Origin: Felis catus
Taxonomy: Eukaryota
Length of the DNA stretch: 64,000 nt
Reading direction: 5' to 3'
Assembly: GCF_018350175.1 (NCBI RefSeq)
Contig: NC_058368.1
Coordinates: forward strand, 93,312,001-93,376,000
Each line of letters opens with the position of its first letter. Position 1 is the first letter of the stretch. Made by a program: the position numbers and the translations under genes. A model generated the notes under the pieces. That model saw only the letters and a program-made list of their open reading frames with translations. It ran no database searches and was not told where the DNA came from. Positions 28,005 through 39,981 of the stretch are shown here, one piece after another.

Positions 28005-28478
28005 AGTGAACAATGCCTATGTCCATTAGCAAGTGAATGGATACACCAACTGTGATATATTCATACAACAGAAAAGAACTATTACACAAAACAGCATGGG
28101 TGAATCTCAAATAATCCTGTTGGGTATGGGCAAAAGAAGCCAGAGAAAAGAATTCATATAGTACCATTCCATTTGTAAAATACTCCAGAATCCAGGATCC
28201 AATTTAGAGACAGAAAGCAGATCAATGTTGTTCAGGGATGGAGTTAGATACTGGGTTTCAAGGGTATGTGACAATTCTGTGGGGATACGGTATTTTCATT
28301 ATCTAGGATTACAGTGATAGTTCCATGGGTATATGCATATATCTAAATGTATCAGACTGTATAATTTAAGTATAAGCAGTTTGGTATAAATAAAAACTAC
28401 AGGGCTAGACCTCAAAGCAAAGATGTTATGAATGTCACACTAAAGGGAATTCAGCGAAGGTAACTTTGGTGGCTTAAC

Positions 28479-28567
28479 CTATGTTAAACGTTAAATTTGG
28501 GAAGAAAACACAATAGCACTCTCCATCAGGTATAATGGGCAGACTTTGTTTGAAGAAAGGATCATCC
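28479..28567 (-). pseudogene. GREB1-like pseudo-exon
   Basis: gggtttgtag|G ... G|gttaag; 89 nt, stop-free, in phase with both neighbours; FPNLTFN vs CSDLLFS. Confidence 0.6.
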
Positions 28568-28759
28568 CTACAAACCCAAAACTCAAGGGGAGGCTGAATC
28601 AGACACAAGGCAACCCATGACAACAAATACCACTCATTGCATATATGAGAGAAGAACTCCTTCATGATACCCTCCCAGTGACTGGTCTAGATAGATCTTG
28701 GTGACTGAGACAGTCTCAATGTCTCCTTCAGCTTGACCCCACTCAGCCATGTCCCAGCT

Positions 28760-28910
28760 GAGTGAGCCTGAGCATAAGTCATTATGATCTGTGCCTTAGT
28801 TTCCTCATCTGTAACACAGAGATAATGATAGTACCTACATCACGGAGTTGTGAGGATTAAGCACATTAATCCATATAGGTGCTAAGATCATCTATTATTA
28901 TCCTTATCAT
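28760..28910. mobile_element. MIR
   Basis: tctgtgccttagtttcctcatctgtaa...gttgtgaggattaa core. Confidence 0.8.
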
Positions 28911-29052
28911 TCCTATCTATTATCATTATCATTTCTCAAAGAGATTATGTAGGTAAGAATGCATATGTAAGACTGGAGGGCAACAGTCTGGTCCCTCACT
29001 GTTAGTTCAGTGTTCTTTCCCATTACAACATACAGATTTCCTGAAGACATAC

Positions 29053-29219
29053 TGTATTTGCAGTCTGCAGGAGTTCACGTTGCTGACAAAATAAAAGGAG
29101 GCAACACCAGTCACCACTTAAGTTGGCAAACCCAAACCTGGCAATTGTAATCCCCATGCTTATGTGGGAAGATCCTGCACTCAGCTCACAGAGACTTTGT
29201 CTAAGAATGATTGGAGACC
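29053..29219 (-). pseudogene. GREB1-like pseudo-exon
   Basis: Pyrimidine tract + tag; LQSFL vs LEKFL; IFPHKHGDYNCQV vs FFPLSLKNHDHPV; SFYFVS vs SVCYVS; donor CA|gtatgt. Confidence 0.65.
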
Positions 29220-30031
29220 CTACTAGATGGCAAGTCAGAGGAGAAAAAAGATTGGTGATTACCAGCCACTGAAATGAAGGCTGAGTGAGGTAGGGCTGGT
29301 CCTCAAAAGCTGATTTTTTTAAAAAAGGAGAGAATCAGAAGTTAATTTAAGTGTACTGTTTTCCCTGGAAAGCAGAAGAGGCTTCTCTTCAATTTGTTGA
29401 AGCTTCATGCTGAGCCTTCCCAGGATGCTATGTCACCTGAGCGCATGATGTGATTGAATACATTCACCACCACTGGAATAATTAAATATTACCTCCTCCC
29501 CCACCCCTGGCCCCCGCCAATTAATTTTGGTTCCAGATATTCAAGAACTTGAAAAAATATGAGCCTTTAACTTGCATTTTAATTTCCTCTGTTTCTATCA
29601 GCCTTTCCAAAGAAACTCAACCTGTCATTTGGAGTTCTAATGCCCTTCGAGGTATAAGAGAAGTCATAGCAGACGCATATAACATGCAATTCATTTCTCT
29701 CATGGCATTTCCTTTGAGGGTGGGTTAGAGGCTTCACACCATCTCATTTGGCTTTCATGGGTCAAGTTCCATAAAGAAAAATCCAGCACCCTAAAATATT
29801 TAGCTTTGAAAGAATGCCACCTACCTTCCCCCCTACACTAAGGACAAAGTCACTTTCTTTATTCTTGCCTTGACTGATGAGTATGTGTTCCTTCTGCCCA
29901 CTCTCCAACTAGACATCAATAAGCTCTCTTCTCCCTACATCCCCTCCCTATCTGTACTCTCAATATTCCATTCCTCTCAAGGAGAAGGGGGTATCTCCAT
30001 TTATCAAAGTTGCCCTGTATCCACCTCTCAC

Positions 30032-30543
30032 CACAGGCTTTCACAACAATGCTAAATAAGGTACTCCTACACACACATCGGAACAGTAGGGAATACTTCT
30101 GAGAATCCCTATGTGGAAAAGCATCTGGAACCCAGTTATGTATTCCATTGGCTGAGAGCTTGTGTCTAATTTCATTAAGAGCAAAAATTCACAGATTATA
30201 TTCAGGCCTTCTTGGATGTTGAGTTTGCAAACAGAATGATCCAGGTTCTTTTCCCTCCAAGTGTTGGAACAGTTTGAGAAGTCACGTGATGGTAAGCTCA
30301 GAACATCTGCACCTCAGTTCTATCAACCATGTCTAATTAGCCAATACTATAAAACCCACATCTCAAGGAAAAAAGGGGTCAGAAATATGATGGTGAAAGA
30401 AAACCTATCAGGAATTGTTCTCATGAGAAGAGGAGTCAACTCTCTTTGACAAAGGGAATGACTCCAAGAACACAAATTAATGAATACCACTCCACGAAGC
30501 CATTTTATTTTTTTAAAGCACTTTCCCAAATACCTCATTTTTC
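30032..30543 (-). pseudogene. GREB1-like pseudo-exon (TAGT C-terminal part)
   Basis: FFP*DVGFIVLAN*TWLIELR vs FLCDDVDFNLRVHSAGLLLCR (gapless); LGGKRTWII vs VGGHRSFHI; PMEYIT vs PAQYIC; donor TG|gtgaga. Confidence 0.75.
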
Positions 30544-30689
30544 CTCATAAAGGAGATAGAACAGCACTGCTAACTCATTTGTCAGATAAAAATCATAGCA
30601 GGAGAGGTTCATCAACTTGCCAGAGCTCACACAACCGGAACCCAGGGTCTCTTAGCTTACAGGACAATAACCTAAGTAAGCTAAAATAC

Positions 30690-30948
30690 CTTTCTCCCTT
30701 CAAGTAAATTCTCCTGACACACTAAAGCCCAACAGATTGGGATTCCTCCCATTTTGAACTTGAATTTCATCTCAACACATGCTTCAAGCTTAGCACTTCC
30801 CGTGAGACTCTGGCATTTTAGCCCATGTGGCTGAGTCTTAGACTCCAAAGTCCATTCGGGAAGAGGAGAAAGGTCCTGGGATAGACCATCTACATTTGGA
30901 ATTCTTCTCAATTATGCAAATAATGAATTCAAAGGCAAATTACAGTGT
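30690..30948 (-). pseudogene. GREB1-like pseudo-exon (TAGT)
   Basis: ctactccag|AC ... AAG|gtattt; SREVLSLKHVLR vs SERNVSLKHIMQ; VGL vs LGL. Confidence 0.7.
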
Positions 30949-31034
30949 CTGGAGTAGGTCTCTCTCCTTCCTTGAGAAGTAGAAGATATATTTTGTTTTC
31001 TCATCAATTAAACTAAGGCAGAACTCCCCTCCTT

Positions 31035-31980
31035 ATTTTTTTTAAATGTTGATTCATTTTTGAGAGAGAGTGTGAGCAGGGGAGGGGCAGAGAGAGAAGG
31101 AAACACAGAATCGAAAGCAGGCTCCAGGCTCTGAGCTGTCAGCACACAGATGAATAGAATACAGCCAGACCAGGGGCTCAAACCCACGAACTGTGAGATC
31201 ATGACCTGAGCCAAAGTTGGATGTTTAACCAACTGAGCCACCCAGACACCCCAGAACTTACCTCTGTATATGCTGCTTCGTTTTTAATTAGGAAAATAAT
31301 AAGTTAAGATATTTATACCAAGGTTAGCGGCTTGATGAAACCAAGAGTTTATGGGAACATTTCAAACTCACTCATGATGCTAACTAGTGATGTAATCGAG
31401 AGAAGAGAACAACAACAATATTAATAAAATGCAAATATGGAAATAGGGATTTTAAATCAGTGCATTTATTCCTGTCACATTCCCAAAGTGATTTTAATCA
31501 GTGTTACAAAACTACATATGATAAGGTAAGAGATAGGAGATGTACTCAAAAGTTGCAATTGCTGGAGAATTTAAAACACAAATTGATGTTGGCCATACCA
31601 AGGATTGGACCGTTGCTCTTTAATTTTTTTTTTTAATGTTTATTCATTTTTGAGAGACAGAGCACAAACCAGGGAGGTGCAGAGAGAGAGGAAGACACAG
31701 AATCCGAAGCAAGTGCCAGGATCCGAGCTGTCAGCACAGATGCAGGACTCAAACGCAGGAACCATGAGATCATGACCTGAGCTGAAGTCAGACACCACAC
31801 GTAACTGACTGAGCCACCCAGGCACCCTGGAATGTTGCTCTTTAAAAAGGGGGGGTAGGGCACCTCGCTGGCTCAGACGGTAGAGCTTACAACTCTTGAT
31901 CTTGGAGGTGTGAGTTCAAATCTCACACTGGGTGTGCAGATTACTTAAAAACAAAACCTTTTAAAAATAAAAAAAAAAAA
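31035..31980. mobile_element. Three CAN-SINEs (~31035-31252 -, ~31625-31828 -, ~31857-31980 +) in pseudogene introns
   Basis: Consensus matches. Confidence 0.9.
31262..31383 (-). pseudogene. GREB1-like pseudo-exon (TAGT)
   Basis: IMSEFEM vs VVKEYEM; IFLIKNEAAY vs HFLIKELSY; donor GAG|gtaagt. Confidence 0.7.
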
Positions 31981-32079
31981 GTGGGGGATATAGGACACTA
32001 CAGTAGGTGTAGAGTGAAGCTCTCTGCCTAAAAAAAGTTCCTGGACTTTTCTATTAAAGAAAAGAGATTTGAAAAGTAA

Positions 32080-32241
32080 GATAAGAACAAAATTTCTCCC
32101 TTTTGTCTCCTCTCCATTTCTGTTTCTAAACCCAAAGAAGGAATGGTCTTTCCCTTGACTGCGTATTTAACTTTCCCATGCAATGTAGGACTTTTTAATG
32201 TTCAAGGTAAATTTTTGTTGCCTTTCCTGATGGGGCTTTTC
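32080..32241 (-). pseudogene. GREB1-like pseudo-exon (start of TAGT domain)
   Basis: ctttgcttctgccag|G; LKSPTL vs IKSPTF; GKDHSFF vs GRHEHGLF; 3' end uncertain. Confidence 0.7.
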
Positions 32242-32556
32242 CTGGCAGAAGCAAAGCATGGAAAAATGGGGGGGGGGGGGTGCTGGACTAGAACCCAGTT
32301 GACTTGGATTCAGGCCCCAAATGGGTCCTCAAACTCACATTTGATTTGGAGAAGTCACTCCACCTGCCATGGCTTCTGTTTCCTCGATTGTAAAATAATG
32401 GGACCCAGTGACCTGACAGATCCTTTACAGCCCCAGCTAACCCTATTCTTTTCTGGAAAACTACAGCATGTGTTTGCTAAGTGTAGTCACAAAAAATGTC
32501 GCCTTCCCTGGGATTTGCCACAACTCTCCTGAGGGCCCCTACAGAGGTCAGGTTAC

Positions 32557-33595
32557 TATTTGCATGTCCGTGCATGACACTGGATAAACTGCTCTTGTGG
32601 CATTAAGTAGTCTCAGTATTATCACTGCCTTACTAAAAGGAGACACTTTTCACTTTTGCTCAACTCTTTTCCTTCTTTTCCACCAACTACTTTTGATCCT
32701 GATTCTGGACAAATGAAGGCTAGAGAAGAGACCCACAACATCATGGAACCAGATAACGAGGGGTGTTGGTGTGGACAGAAAGATCAGACTCAGTGGAGAC
32801 ATTTGCAAGGCAGCTGAATGTAACTCCTGTTATACATTCTAAATGGTGCCACATAGCATCTGGCAATGCTAACAGTTTCCAGCATTCTGGCACCTTTAGA
32901 ATACATCTTGTGTGGATTAACGAGAGTTAATAGCATTTATTTCTTCAAATCCTAGCAGTCAAGGGTTTTTTTGTTGTTTGTTTTGTTTTTTGTTTTATTT
33001 TTTTTAACATGCTATACTTTAATACTTTGTATATCATTAAGGTCCATTTCTGATTCCAAGACAATTGCCCCACCCTTTTATTCCCCCTTATTACTTTCAG
33101 CAAGAAACGAAAACTCTCCCTTTAATGCCTATTTCTCTAAAAAAACAATCTAAATCTAATTGCTTTGAACCACCACCTACAGGAGAGTTTGATGAATTTT
33201 TGTTAGATCTCCCACGTGTGACATGTGTCATGCTGTGTCATGGGACCAAGTCCGGAAAAAGATGCCTGCAGGCTTCATCTGTTTTCTGCAGGCTTTACTC
33301 GGTTCTGGTTCAATGCATGGACCTGTGCTGTGGCTTCAACCCAAAGCAGAGGAACACAGTTACCGGTGAACCAATAACTTCCTGACACCATGCCTGAAAA
33401 TTCGGGAAATGTGAGACTTCTTGACTGAAAAGGCAATAAAAGGAATCTGTTTTTCCTTTCTTCATCCCTATATTTAACTTCAGAGAAGCCTAAGAGATGC
33501 AGAGTAAAGCAACACAGGTAATAGTGAACACCTGCTTGCAATACACCTGGAGGAATTCTCAGCAAAGGGAGAAAACATGTCTGAAACAGAAGAAC
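32557..33595 (-). pseudogene. GREB1-like pseudo-exon block (helicase-like segment; one or several exons)
   Basis: tctttttcag|G; GIFFRTWSHDTA*HMSH vs SLYYRQWTVPRPSHMDY; *KGGAIVL vs GKTGAYL; VLKYSML vs VLSRML; EEINAINSR vs EEININLR; WKLLALPDAMWHHLECITGVTF vs WHYLQLSDPWPDLELFKKLPF. Confidence 0.75.
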
Positions 33596-33704
33596 CTGAA
33601 AAAGACACCATGGAAATTTTCCACCCAACAGCACTGGCGATCCTTGTTGCAGAGACAGAGCATTTCTCTGAACTAAAATAAGGTGTTTCCTAACAACTAC
33701 TCAC

Positions 33705-33956
33705 ATCAGCTTGAGTCAAAGGCAGGTCTTGTCCCTACTAACTTCATCAGTACCTCTTTTAATGCACCTACTGGATGAATGTATAGAATGAATACTGGCT
33801 GTGGAGGAAAGCAGGCAAAACCCCACACCTTGAGTAAGAGCTTGGTAATTAGAAGGGGCAGAAATAAGGGATCCAAGAGCATTGTTTTCTGGCAGGCTGG
33901 AGGGTACTGGTGTGGACAAGTAGAGAACAAATCAACCATGTTCTTTTGTGAATACT
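33705..33956 (-). pseudogene. Pseudo-exon, Ser-rich linker
   Basis: Long pyrimidine tract + ccag|AG ... AT|gtgagt; Ser/Pro-rich frame at the position of the GREB1 low-complexity linker. Confidence 0.55.
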
Positions 33957-34431
33957 CTGGTAGCAGAAGACAATTAGGAAACAGGAAGAAAAGAGGAGCC
34001 CTCTCAGTCCAGCCAAATCACATGCAGAAAATTACCAAGAATTTGGCTCGGAGCTTGGAACATCTATCTGTGCCTTCGGGTAACATGTTAGATGGACTTT
34101 GTTTCTTCACAGGACAAGGCACAAGGGATAAGGGAAAACTAAGCATTTAGCCTCTTAACAAACACTACCTCTGTGTAGGCCTATCCCTTTTTGGAAACAA
34201 TCAACATGAGGTTAAGGACAGATGAGGACACAACACTCAAAGAGAGGGAAAAAATTTTTTTTTCAGAAAATATACACCAGAGAAGAAGATAAACACATTT
34301 TGGGAGAACTTAACATTACAAAAAAGCTCACTAGAACCAACATAGAGGAAAAATGAAAAAGGAAGTTGGCTAGGATTACAAAGGACTGTAAAATTTAAAT
34401 ACAACACTAGAATTAAGATCATCAGGGGATA

Positions 34432-34867
34432 GGGGTGCCTGAGTGGCTCAGCTGGGTAAGCATCTGACTCCTGATTTTGGCTCAGGTTATGATCTCCCGG
34501 TTCATGGGCTTGACCCCCATGCCAGGCTTTGAGCTGAGAGCATGAGGCCTGCTTGGGATTCTCTCTTTCCCTCTCTCTCTGCTCCTCCCCTGCTCACATT
34601 TTCTCTCTCTAGAAAATAAATAAACTTAGGGGCGCCTGGGTGGCACAGTCGGTTGGGCTTCTGACTTCAGCCAGGTCACGATCTCGCACTCCGTGAGTTC
34701 GAGCCCCGCGTCAGGCTCTGGGCTGATGGCTCGGAGCCTGGAGCCTGTTTCCGAATCTGTGTCTCCCTCTCTCTCTGCCCCTCCCCCGTTCATGCTCTGT
34801 CTCTCTCTGTCTCAAAAATAAATAAATGTTAAAAAAAAATTTTTAAAAAGAAAATAAATAAACTTAG
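34432..34867 (+). mobile_element. Young felid SINE (~34628-34850) inserted in the tail of an older SINE
   Basis: 19-bp TSD agaaaataaataaacttag. Confidence 0.95.
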
Positions 34868-34888
34868 AAAAAAAAATATCAGTAGGGA

Positions 34889-35280
34889 ATCAAAAAGAAT
34901 GAAATCTTGCCCTGTACAACACAGTGGATGGAACTGGTGGGTATTATGCTAAGCAAAATAAGTTAGTCACACAAAGACAAATATCCTATGATTTCACTTC
35001 TATGTGGCATTTAAGAAACACAACAGATGAACACAGGGGAAGGGAAAGAAAAATAAGATAAAAACAGAGAGGGAGGCAAACCATAAGAGACTCTTAAATT
35101 CAGGGTTGCTGGAGGGGTGGTGGGCAGGGGATGGGCTAGATGGGTGATGGGCATTAAGGAGGGCACTTGGTGGGATGAGCACTGGGTGTTATATGTAAGT
35201 GAGGGATCACTAAATTCTACTCCTAAAGCCACTACAGCACTGTATGTTAACTAACTTGAACTTAAATATTTTTTTTTAAA
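34889..35280 (+). mobile_element. L1 3' end
   Basis: aaaaagaatgaaatcttgcc...3' UTR. Confidence 0.9.
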
Positions 35281-35937
35281 AGATCAGCAGGGGAAGCATT
35301 AAAAAGTATATTTTAGGTTGCTGAAAATGTCATCAGTTATATAGAAGATAAACGTCAAACCTCTCAGCATGTAGACCAAATAACAGTTGAAATTATGAGA
35401 GAAAAATCACAGATACAAATGAAGTGAGATCAAAATCAGCTTAGAAATTATTGGCATTTTTTTAAATGTGCAGGTGCAAGACATTGCATGCCTCCTATTC
35501 CATTTGTTAATACTCTAATTTTAACTTCTCTTGCTTCGTGTTAGTTTTTAGTTCCTCACAGAGGTCTCTTTTCCTCCAGTGCCAATGGAATTTCAACACT
35601 TACTCTAAGACCATGCATTCTTCTATTATTAAACAAGGTATCTGCAGATAAGAAAATGTATCCTCTTCTTTTGCTGCAGAAAAAAAATCATTCCACCTTG
35701 TAACCTCTCCTTGCAAAAAAAAAAAAAAAAGTCTTAGGTAACATCTAGAATTCAGTTATAATTGCTATCTTGAGAGGGAGCTACTACTCTGAACCTCTAA
35801 AATGCCTGTAATTATGACTGATCATAATATTTACCAATATGCTCTGTCTAGGTAATGAAATTAGCAACTCTATTTCAAGTGTAATTTAGGAAGGTATTAA
35901 AGGAAAGACAATAAAATATACCAACTCTGATAGATTT

Positions 35938-37040
35938 CTTTTTTTTTAAGTTTATTTATTTCGAGAGAGACAGGGAAGTAATGTGTGGGGGAGGTGCAGA
36001 GAGAGAGGGAGAGAGAGAATCCCAAGTGGGCTCCACACTGCCAGCAAAGAGACTGACTCAGGGCTCAAATTCACGAAACCATGAGATCATAACCTGAGCC
36101 AAAACCAAGAGTTGGATGCTGAACCGACTGAGCCAGGCAGGTGCCCCAACTCTAATAGGTTTCTTAAAGTTTGGGGAGTTATGTTGGAATTTCCAAAAAA
36201 AAGTGACATTAGCAGGAAAAAAACCTGAAATAAAACAAAGAATCAAAGGCTAGAACACGTGTTTGAGCTAAAAGAACAACAATAATTTTGAAGAGTTCTA
36301 TAATTTAATAATTTTAGTAATTTTAATAACCAAATAATATTGTTTATTAAAATTAACAAACATATACCTACACATAATATCTAAATGTCAAGCACCAAGA
36401 AACAAATGCAGGAAAGCATGAAAAAAAGTATTTTGGGGGCGCCTGGGTGGCGCAGTCGGTTAAGCGTCCGACTTCAGCCAGGTCACGATCTCGCGGTCCG
36501 TGAGTTCGGGCCCCGCGTCAGGCTCTGGGCTGATGGCTCAGAGCCTGGAGCCTGTTTCCGATTCTGTGTCTCCCTCTCTCTCTGCCCCTCCCCCGTTCAT
36601 GCTCGGTCTCTCTCTGTCCCAAAAATAAATAAACGTTGGAAAAAAAAATTAAAAAAAAAAAAAGTATTTTGATGGAAGAACATTTCTCAAGAAATTGGTT
36701 TTTTATGCACTATGAGAGACAGAAGACAATAAATATTATCTAAAGAGAAGTGTGAAACCTAACAATTCTATGTATCTTTAGCTATAGTAAATATGAGAAA
36801 GCAATAAAAAAAAAGTCTTTCTCAGGGGCACCTGGGTGGCCCAGTCAGTTAAGCGTCCAACTGTGGCTCAGATCATGATCTCAAAGTTCATGGGTTTGAG
36901 CCCCATGTCAGGCTCTGTGCTGACAGCTCAGAGTCTGGAGCCTGCTTCAGATTCTATGCATCCTTCTCTCTCTGCTCCTCCCCTACTCATGTTCTGTATC
37001 TCTCTGTCTCTCAAAAATTAATAAATGTTAAGAAATTTTT
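35938..37040. mobile_element. Three CAN-SINEs (~35938-36147 -, ~36436-36665 + very young, ~36824-37040 +)
   Basis: Consensus matches; the middle copy is CpG-rich with TSD aaaaagtattttg. Confidence 0.95.
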
Positions 37041-37089
37041 AAAAATATTTCTCATATAATCAAATACCCAAAACCTTACACTAATTTAT

Positions 37090-37123
<34 letters not shown>

Positions 37124-37330
37124 CAATATATCCAATTACATGAAGTGAGAAAAATTTTTAATGAAAATATGAGGAGGTGACATTATAAACAGCATTGAAC
37201 ACAGTTATTTAGATGGTTAGATTTGTAAAATCTACATAAAATAATTGAAATATATAGTAAAATAATTGGAAAATAATAATCTATGTCCTCAAGTACAGAT
37301 TATATTAAGGAAAAAAGGAGTTAAATGGGG

Positions 37331-39981
37331 TGTATTTGGAAGCTTTCTTTCCTCTTCTAATTTTTTGGAATAGTTTAAGAACAGGTATTAGCTTTTCTTT
37401 AAATGTTTGGTAGAATTCACTTGTGAACCCATCTGGTCCTGGACTTTTATTTTTTTGTCATTTTTTTTATTACCAATTCAATTTACTTACTAGTAATCAG
37501 TCTGTTCAGATTTTCTATTTCTTCCTGATTCCATTTTAGAAAATTGTATGTTTCTAGGAATTTATGCATTTTTTTAGGTTGTCCAATTTGTTGGCATATA
37601 ATTTTTCATAGTGTTCTCTTATTCTCTTTGTATTTCTGTGGTGTCATTTGTTATTCCTCCTCTTTCATTTCCAATTTAATTTATCTGAATCTTTTCTCTT
37701 TTTTCTTGTTGAGGCTAGCTAAATGCTTATCAATTTTGTTTCTTTTCAAAGAATCAGCCCTTGATTTTGTTGATCTTTTCTATTTTTTTGTTTGTCTCCA
37801 TGTCATTTATTTCTGCTCTGATCTTTGTTATTTCCTTCCTTCACTCAGCTTGGGCTTTGTTCTTCTTTTTCTAGATCTTTGGGTGTGAGGTTAGATTATT
37901 TAAGCTTTTTCTTGTTTCTTGGGGATAGGCTTGTATCGCTATATATTTCCCTCTAAAAACTGCCTTCTCTGCATTGCAAAGATTTTGCACCACTATGTTT
38001 TCATTTTCATTTGTTTCCAAATATTTCTTAATCTCTTCTTTGATTTCTTCAATGACCCATATTACCAAAACCAGACAAAGACACCACAAAGAAAGTTAGA
38101 GGCAAATATCTCTGGTGAGCATAGATGCAAAAACCCTCAACCAAGTAGTAGAAAACAGAATTCAACAATACTTTAAAAGGATCATTCACCACATTTAAGT
38201 GGGATTTATTTTGGGATGCAAGAACATATGTCAATAAGGCTTTATATGAAAAACCCATAGGTAACATACGCAGTGGCAAAAAACTGAGAACTTTTCCTCT
38301 AGGATCAGGAACAGGACAAGGGTGTCCAATCTCACCACTTTTATTCAACACAGTACTGGAAGTCCTAGCCACAGCAATCAGACAACAAAAAGAAATGAGG
38401 CATCAATATTGGTCAGGACAAAGTTAAACTGTCACTATTTATGTATGACAGGATACTATACATAGAAAACCATGAAGATACATCAACCACTCCCCAACCA
38501 TGAAGATTCTATTACTACTAGAAGTAATAAATGGCATCATGAAAGTTACAGAACACAAAATTAATGTCCAGAAGTCAGCACTGTTTCTATATACTAATAA
38601 CAAAATAGCAGAAAGAAATTAAGAAAACAATTCCACTTACTATTGAACCCAGAAGAATAAAATACCTAGGAATAAATTTAAACAAGGAGGTGAGAAACCT
38701 GTACTCCAAAAGCTATAAAACACAGATGCAAGAAAGTGACGATGACACAAACAAATGGAAAGATGTTCCACACTCATAGACTGGAGGAATACTGTTAAAA
38801 TGTCCACACTACCCAAAGCAATCGACAGATTTAATGCAATTCCTATCAAAATACCAGCACCATTTTTCATGGAACTGGAACAAATATGCCTAAAATTTTT
38901 ATGGAACCATAAGAGACCCTGAATAACCAAAGTAATCTTGAGAAAGAAGAACAAAGCTGGAGTTATCATCATCCCAAATTTCATGTTATAGTATAAAGCT
39001 GTAGTAATCAAAACATTATCATATGGACACAAAAATAGACACAGATCAATGGACTAGACTAGAGCCCAGAAAAAAACCCATACTTGTGTGGCCAATTAAT
39101 CTATGAAAGGAAACAAGCATATATATACACTGAGAAAAAGACAATCTTTTCAATAAATGGTACTGGAAAAACTGTACAGCTCTACATGCAAAAAAATGAA
39201 ACTGTAACACTTTCTTACACCATACACAAAAATAAACTCCAAATGGATCAGAGACCTAATTAGGAGACCTGAAGCCAAAAGTTCCTAGAAGAGAACATAT
39301 GCAGTAATTTCTTTGACATCAGCCATAGCAACATTTTTCTATGTAGGTCTCCTGAGACAAGGGAAACAAAAGCAAAAATAAACTATTGGAACTATACCAA
39401 AATGAGCTTTTGCACAACAAATACCATCAAAACAACTAAAAGGCAACCTACTGAATGGGAGAAAAGATTTATAAGTGATAAAACCAATAAGGGGTTAATA
39501 TTCAAAATACATAAAGAACTTCTACAACTCAACACCAGAAAAAAACAAAACAAAACAAAACAAAAAACAGTCCAATTAAAAAAATGGGTAGACAACCTAA
39601 GTAGACATGTTTCCAAAGATGACATACAGATGGAACAAAAGACACATGAAAATATATTCAACACCAAAAATTATCAGAGAAATGCAAATCAAAACCACCA
39701 TGACAGATTGCCTTATACCTGCAGAATGGCCAAAACAAAAAAGATAAGAAATAGCAGGTGTTGACAAGGAGGTGGAGGAAAAGGAATTCCCATGCACTGT
39801 TGGTGAGAATAAAAAGTGGTACCACCGCTATGAAAAATAGTATGAAGGTTCCTCAAAAAATTAAAAATTGAAATACCACAATACCCAATAATTCTACTAC
39901 TGGGTATCTACCCAAAGAAAACAAAAACATTAATTCAAAAAGATATATGCAACCTTATGTTTATTGCAGCATTATTTACAA
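37331..39981. mobile_element. L1 with 5' inversion (antisense ~37331-38058, sense ~38059-39981)
   Basis: Adjacent ORF2 segments in opposite orientation. Confidence 0.9.

Noticed and set aside
33180..33280. First read as the TAGT PTTGRHEH motif
   Set aside because: It aligns better and without gaps to YYRQW...HM, and the KSPT/GKDH motif is found downstream at ~32190-32130.
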